The position numbers were made by a program, and so were the translations under genes. Shown here one piece after another: positions 27,255 to 29,585 of a stretch of 29,585 nucleotides of DNA. A model generated the notes under the pieces. That model was not told where the DNA came from and ran no database searches. It was given only the letters and a program-made list of their open reading frames with translations. Origin of the DNA: Acidobacteriota bacterium (GTDB lineage: Bacteria > Acidobacteriota > Thermoanaerobaculia > Multivoradales > UBA5704); contig JBDTZG010000061.1 in NCBI GenBank assembly GCA_040005235.1, positions 1 through 29,585 on the forward strand, given 5' to 3'. How positions within the stretch are numbered: position 1 is the stretch's first letter; each line of letters starts with the position of its first letter.

Positions 27255-28091
27255 CTACTGAGCTCCGGCGGCCCGCAGGAGTTTCGGGTCCGCGTAGATC
27301 ACGAACGTGAAGATCTTGTGTCCGTGGCCGAAATCCAGCTCGTAGACCGCGGTCATGCCCTTGTCCGTAAAGCCGACCAGCCTGCCCCACTGTCCCGGCC
27401 CGGCGAGATCAAGGTCGCGCATCGCTGGCGGCGCCGGGCCGTCGGCCTCTTCGATATCGCCGGCATGCCTGAAGGTGGTCGTGGTCGTGCTGTCCAGGTG
27501 CGAGTAGATCGTCACCAGCTGATTGTAGTCATGGGTGTTCGGGTGCTGGTTGGTGCCCGGGCTGTTGGTGTAGTCCATGCAGGTCCCGAGGTTCGGATTG
27601 GTGTTGTTCTCGTCCTGGTGGTCGAGACCGAGCGTGTGGCCGACCTCCTGGCAGGAGACCAGGTTGCGCCAGGCGGTGGTGTTGTAGGGCGCGCTGTTGT
27701 GGTACGTGTCGTTGAGCTTCACCGTGCCCTGGGTGATGTGGCTGCCGCTCACCGAAATCGAAGCGATCCCGAGCCAGCCGGTGCTGCCATACGACGCGTT
27801 GCAGACCTTGACCTGCCCGTTGACGGCAGTGCAGCTGGAGGCGCTCCCGGTGCCGGCGATGATCGTCGTGTTCAAGACGCTCGACGCGGTCCAGTCGGAG
27901 GACGAGGTGGCCAGGATCGGATCCCAGGTGGCGGTGACGCGGTCGATCAGCTTGACCGTGAAGGGGTTGCTCTGGCGCGCCCAGTGGTAGGTGCTCCAGG
28001 AGTGACTAGCCGAGGCGACGGCCGGCAGCAGGACCAAGGCGAGCGCGAGCAGCATGAAGACGGAAACTTGACGGCGGCACGACTTCAACAT
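27255..28091 (-). CDS. Secreted metzincin/matrixin-like protein with QExxHxxGxxH motif
   Basis: Signal peptide ending ASA-SH, GWLGIA, CQEVGHTLGLDH, Met-turn CMDY, HPNTHD. RBS AAGGAG before ATG 28091. Confidence 0.75.
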   Translation of the reverse strand: MLKSCRRQVSVFMLLALALVLLPAVASASHSWSTYHWARQSNPFTVKLIDRVTATWDPILATSSSDWTASSVLNTTIIAGTGSASSCTAVNGQVKVCNASYGSTGWLGIASISVSGSHITQGTVKLNDTYHNSAPYNTTAWRNLVSCQEVGHTLGLDHQDENNTNPNLGTCMDYTNSPGTNQHPNTHDYNQLVTIYSHLDSTTTTTFRHAGDIEEADGPAPPAMRDLDLAGPGQWGRLVGFTDKGMTAVYELDFGHGHKIFTFVIYADPKLLRAAGAQ

Positions 28092-28388
28092 TCGATGCTC
28101 CTTCTGGGCAAATTCCAGGACGGGTCGCGAGACCCGCCTGGGTTGGTGACAAGGGAGTGGCCTACGCAACCAGCGAACGCGCGAGGCGTTAGCTATGGGC
28201 TACCTGAAATCGCGCTACAGGCTCGGGCTCTCTCGCCTCGTCGGCCGAGCGACCGCCCAGGTTCCACTACTTCGGATTTCGGAATACGGCTTCTTTTATA
28301 GGTAGTGCGAGGAGGGGGCCAAAGCGTGTCAAGGAATGCGCGGCAATTTGCATGGCGTTACACGGATCGATTCCCCTGGGTCGCCACC

Positions 28389-28738
28389 TTACTGGGGGGC
28401 GAGCGAGAAGCCCATGCGATAGGGACCCATCACAAGGAGGCGCGGTGAACCGATCGTTTCCCAAGCCTTGGCGAGGGGGCGGTCGTACGCAGTAATGATC
28501 TCCTCGACCCTGAGTGGCAGGCCAAGGATCTTGCCGCTGAGGGTAATCTTGGAGCCGACCGTATGACCTTGCTTCTCATCCATCTCAAGGTCATGTGCGA
28601 CCCTGCCATCATCCACGACGACCTGATCATATGGGCGGACAGGCGGCGATGGTCATTGAGGAGATCGAAGACCGCTACCGGTGTTGCATCCACCACGACT
28701 TCGGTCTCGAAATGATCGCGCAGCCCTTGATCGCTCAT
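28389..28738 (-). pseudogene. SRPBCC/polyketide-cyclase-family gene, frameshifted and apparently truncated
   Basis: MSDQGLRDHFETEVVVDATPVAVF...HMIRSSWMMAGSHM continues only in another frame (LEMDEKQGHTVGSKI...WETIGSPRLLVMGPYRMGF). One base appears missing near 28591; early TAA at 28389. Confidence 0.65.
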
Positions 28739-28975
28739 GTCGCGTCCCCGAGCCGTCGAGCGGCCCCAGGCCACCAGGAAGGCCTCGCCAGCAACAATAA
28801 CACCGTCACCAGCAAGGGCAGGGTGAGCCATCCGAAGGCAACCTGGGCCGCTACGCCGAAAAGCCAGCCTCCGGCCGCCGAGCCGAGCGTCCCTCCCAGG
28901 CCGGCCGCGGCCGCCAGGCCCCCCATTGTGGCGCCAAGACGAACACCGCTCCGGCGAGGAAGAACAACTGCAGCG
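28735..28975 (-). pseudogene. Possible C-terminal remnant of an MFS-type transporter
   Basis: RLGATMGGLAAAAGLGGTLGSAAGGWLFG plus a final TM helix resembles the last helices of an MFS transporter. An in-frame stop lies just upstream and there is no room for the N-terminus. Confidence 0.4.
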
Positions 28976-29017
28976 GCCTAAGGTCGGTGCTCTCGGGGGG
29001 AGCGATAGCCCCACGCT

Positions 29018-29446
29018 TCATGAGTCGGTCCGTTCGTTCCAATAGAGCGCCAGGGCTAGTCCCCAAGGGAGGACGAAGGACAGAATCAGCCACTTGAAAT
29101 CCGAGGCAATCATGAAGTTCACTACAGCCATCAGACCGATGGAGCTGAGGCCAGCGAACGCCACCACGACCGCCACGCCGCGAACCCGAGCCCGAAAGCT
29201 GGTGATCGCAACGTAGACGGTCAACAGGCCGTTGGCGAAGATGTAGCCGCCCAGCACCCAGAACACTCGGCGAAGCCAGATCGACAGACCGGGCGCGGTC
29301 GCCTGAAGCGACGCCAGCGAGGTTCCGATGGAGCGCAGATCCTCTGGCAGCAGGGGTGGCCGCACGAACACGAAGTACAGCCCAACGGCCATGAGAACCG
29401 CGCCGCCGAGCGCCAGCAGCGTTGCCGAGTAGGGGCGCGCGTTCAT
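29018..29446 (-). CDS. Small 4-TM hypothetical membrane protein
   Basis: 142 aa, four hydrophobic segments, RPPLLPEDLR loop; purine-rich RBS gaagggg upstream. Confidence 0.7.
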   Translation of the reverse strand: MNARPYSATLLALGGAVLMAVGLYFVFVRPPLLPEDLRSIGTSLASLQATAPGLSIWLRRVFWVLGGYIFANGLLTVYVAITSFRARVRGVAVVVAFAGLSSIGLMAVVNFMIASDFKWLILSFVLPWGLALALYWNERTDS

Positions 29447-29585
29447 TCGGCCCCTTCGGTCCTCTCCATAGGGTCTCGCGGCGTCCAGTGAAAGTCACAC
29501 TTTGGCGCCCCAGAAGCGATCGTCCCGCTTCGCCTCAACTGTCCACCCCACTTCTCGGCTAGCGGAAAATCGAGCCGGCAAAACG

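Noticed and set aside
28295-28332. TTGACA and TATAAA on the minus strand upstream of the metzincin gene
   Set aside because: The spacer is 26 bp, incompatible with a single sigma70 promoter.

Overview
GC-rich bacterial chromosomal window. Gene content (LptE, TolC, Tat-exported oxidase, DUF4388/TPR and CHAT proteins) points to a diderm; an Acidobacteriota/Thermoanaerobaculia-like origin is only an inference. From left to right: (1) a non-coding array, cut by the window edge, of degenerate 13-bp palindromes at a regular 20-21 bp spacing; (2) a GT-C-like membrane glycosyltransferase, divergent from a fused 2-oxoacid dehydrogenase E1 alpha/beta; (3) an accessory block (~4.7-13.0 kb) with an ABC-type ATPase + DUF4276/TOPRIM pair, a PilZ protein, an orphan flavin-dependent halogenase, an exported TPR-CHAT protease, a split CapRel/PhRel-like toxSAS-antitoxin pair and vapBC; (4) a core run ribH-nusB-leuS-lptE-miaA-hfq-TPR lipoprotein-CDP-alcohol phosphatidyltransferase; (5) a DUF4388/pseudo-J/TPR protein; (6) a copper-resistance operon (HMBD lipoprotein, TolC, multicopper oxidase, cytochrome c, His-rich periplasmic protein) preceded by a Cys/His-rich leader ORF whose stop is followed by an anti-Shine-Dalgarno; (7) a metzincin-like secreted protein with QExxH, then decayed gene fragments. 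I saw no rRNA, tRNA, CRISPR array, integrase or transposase. All family calls come from motif recognition by eye, not from database searches.
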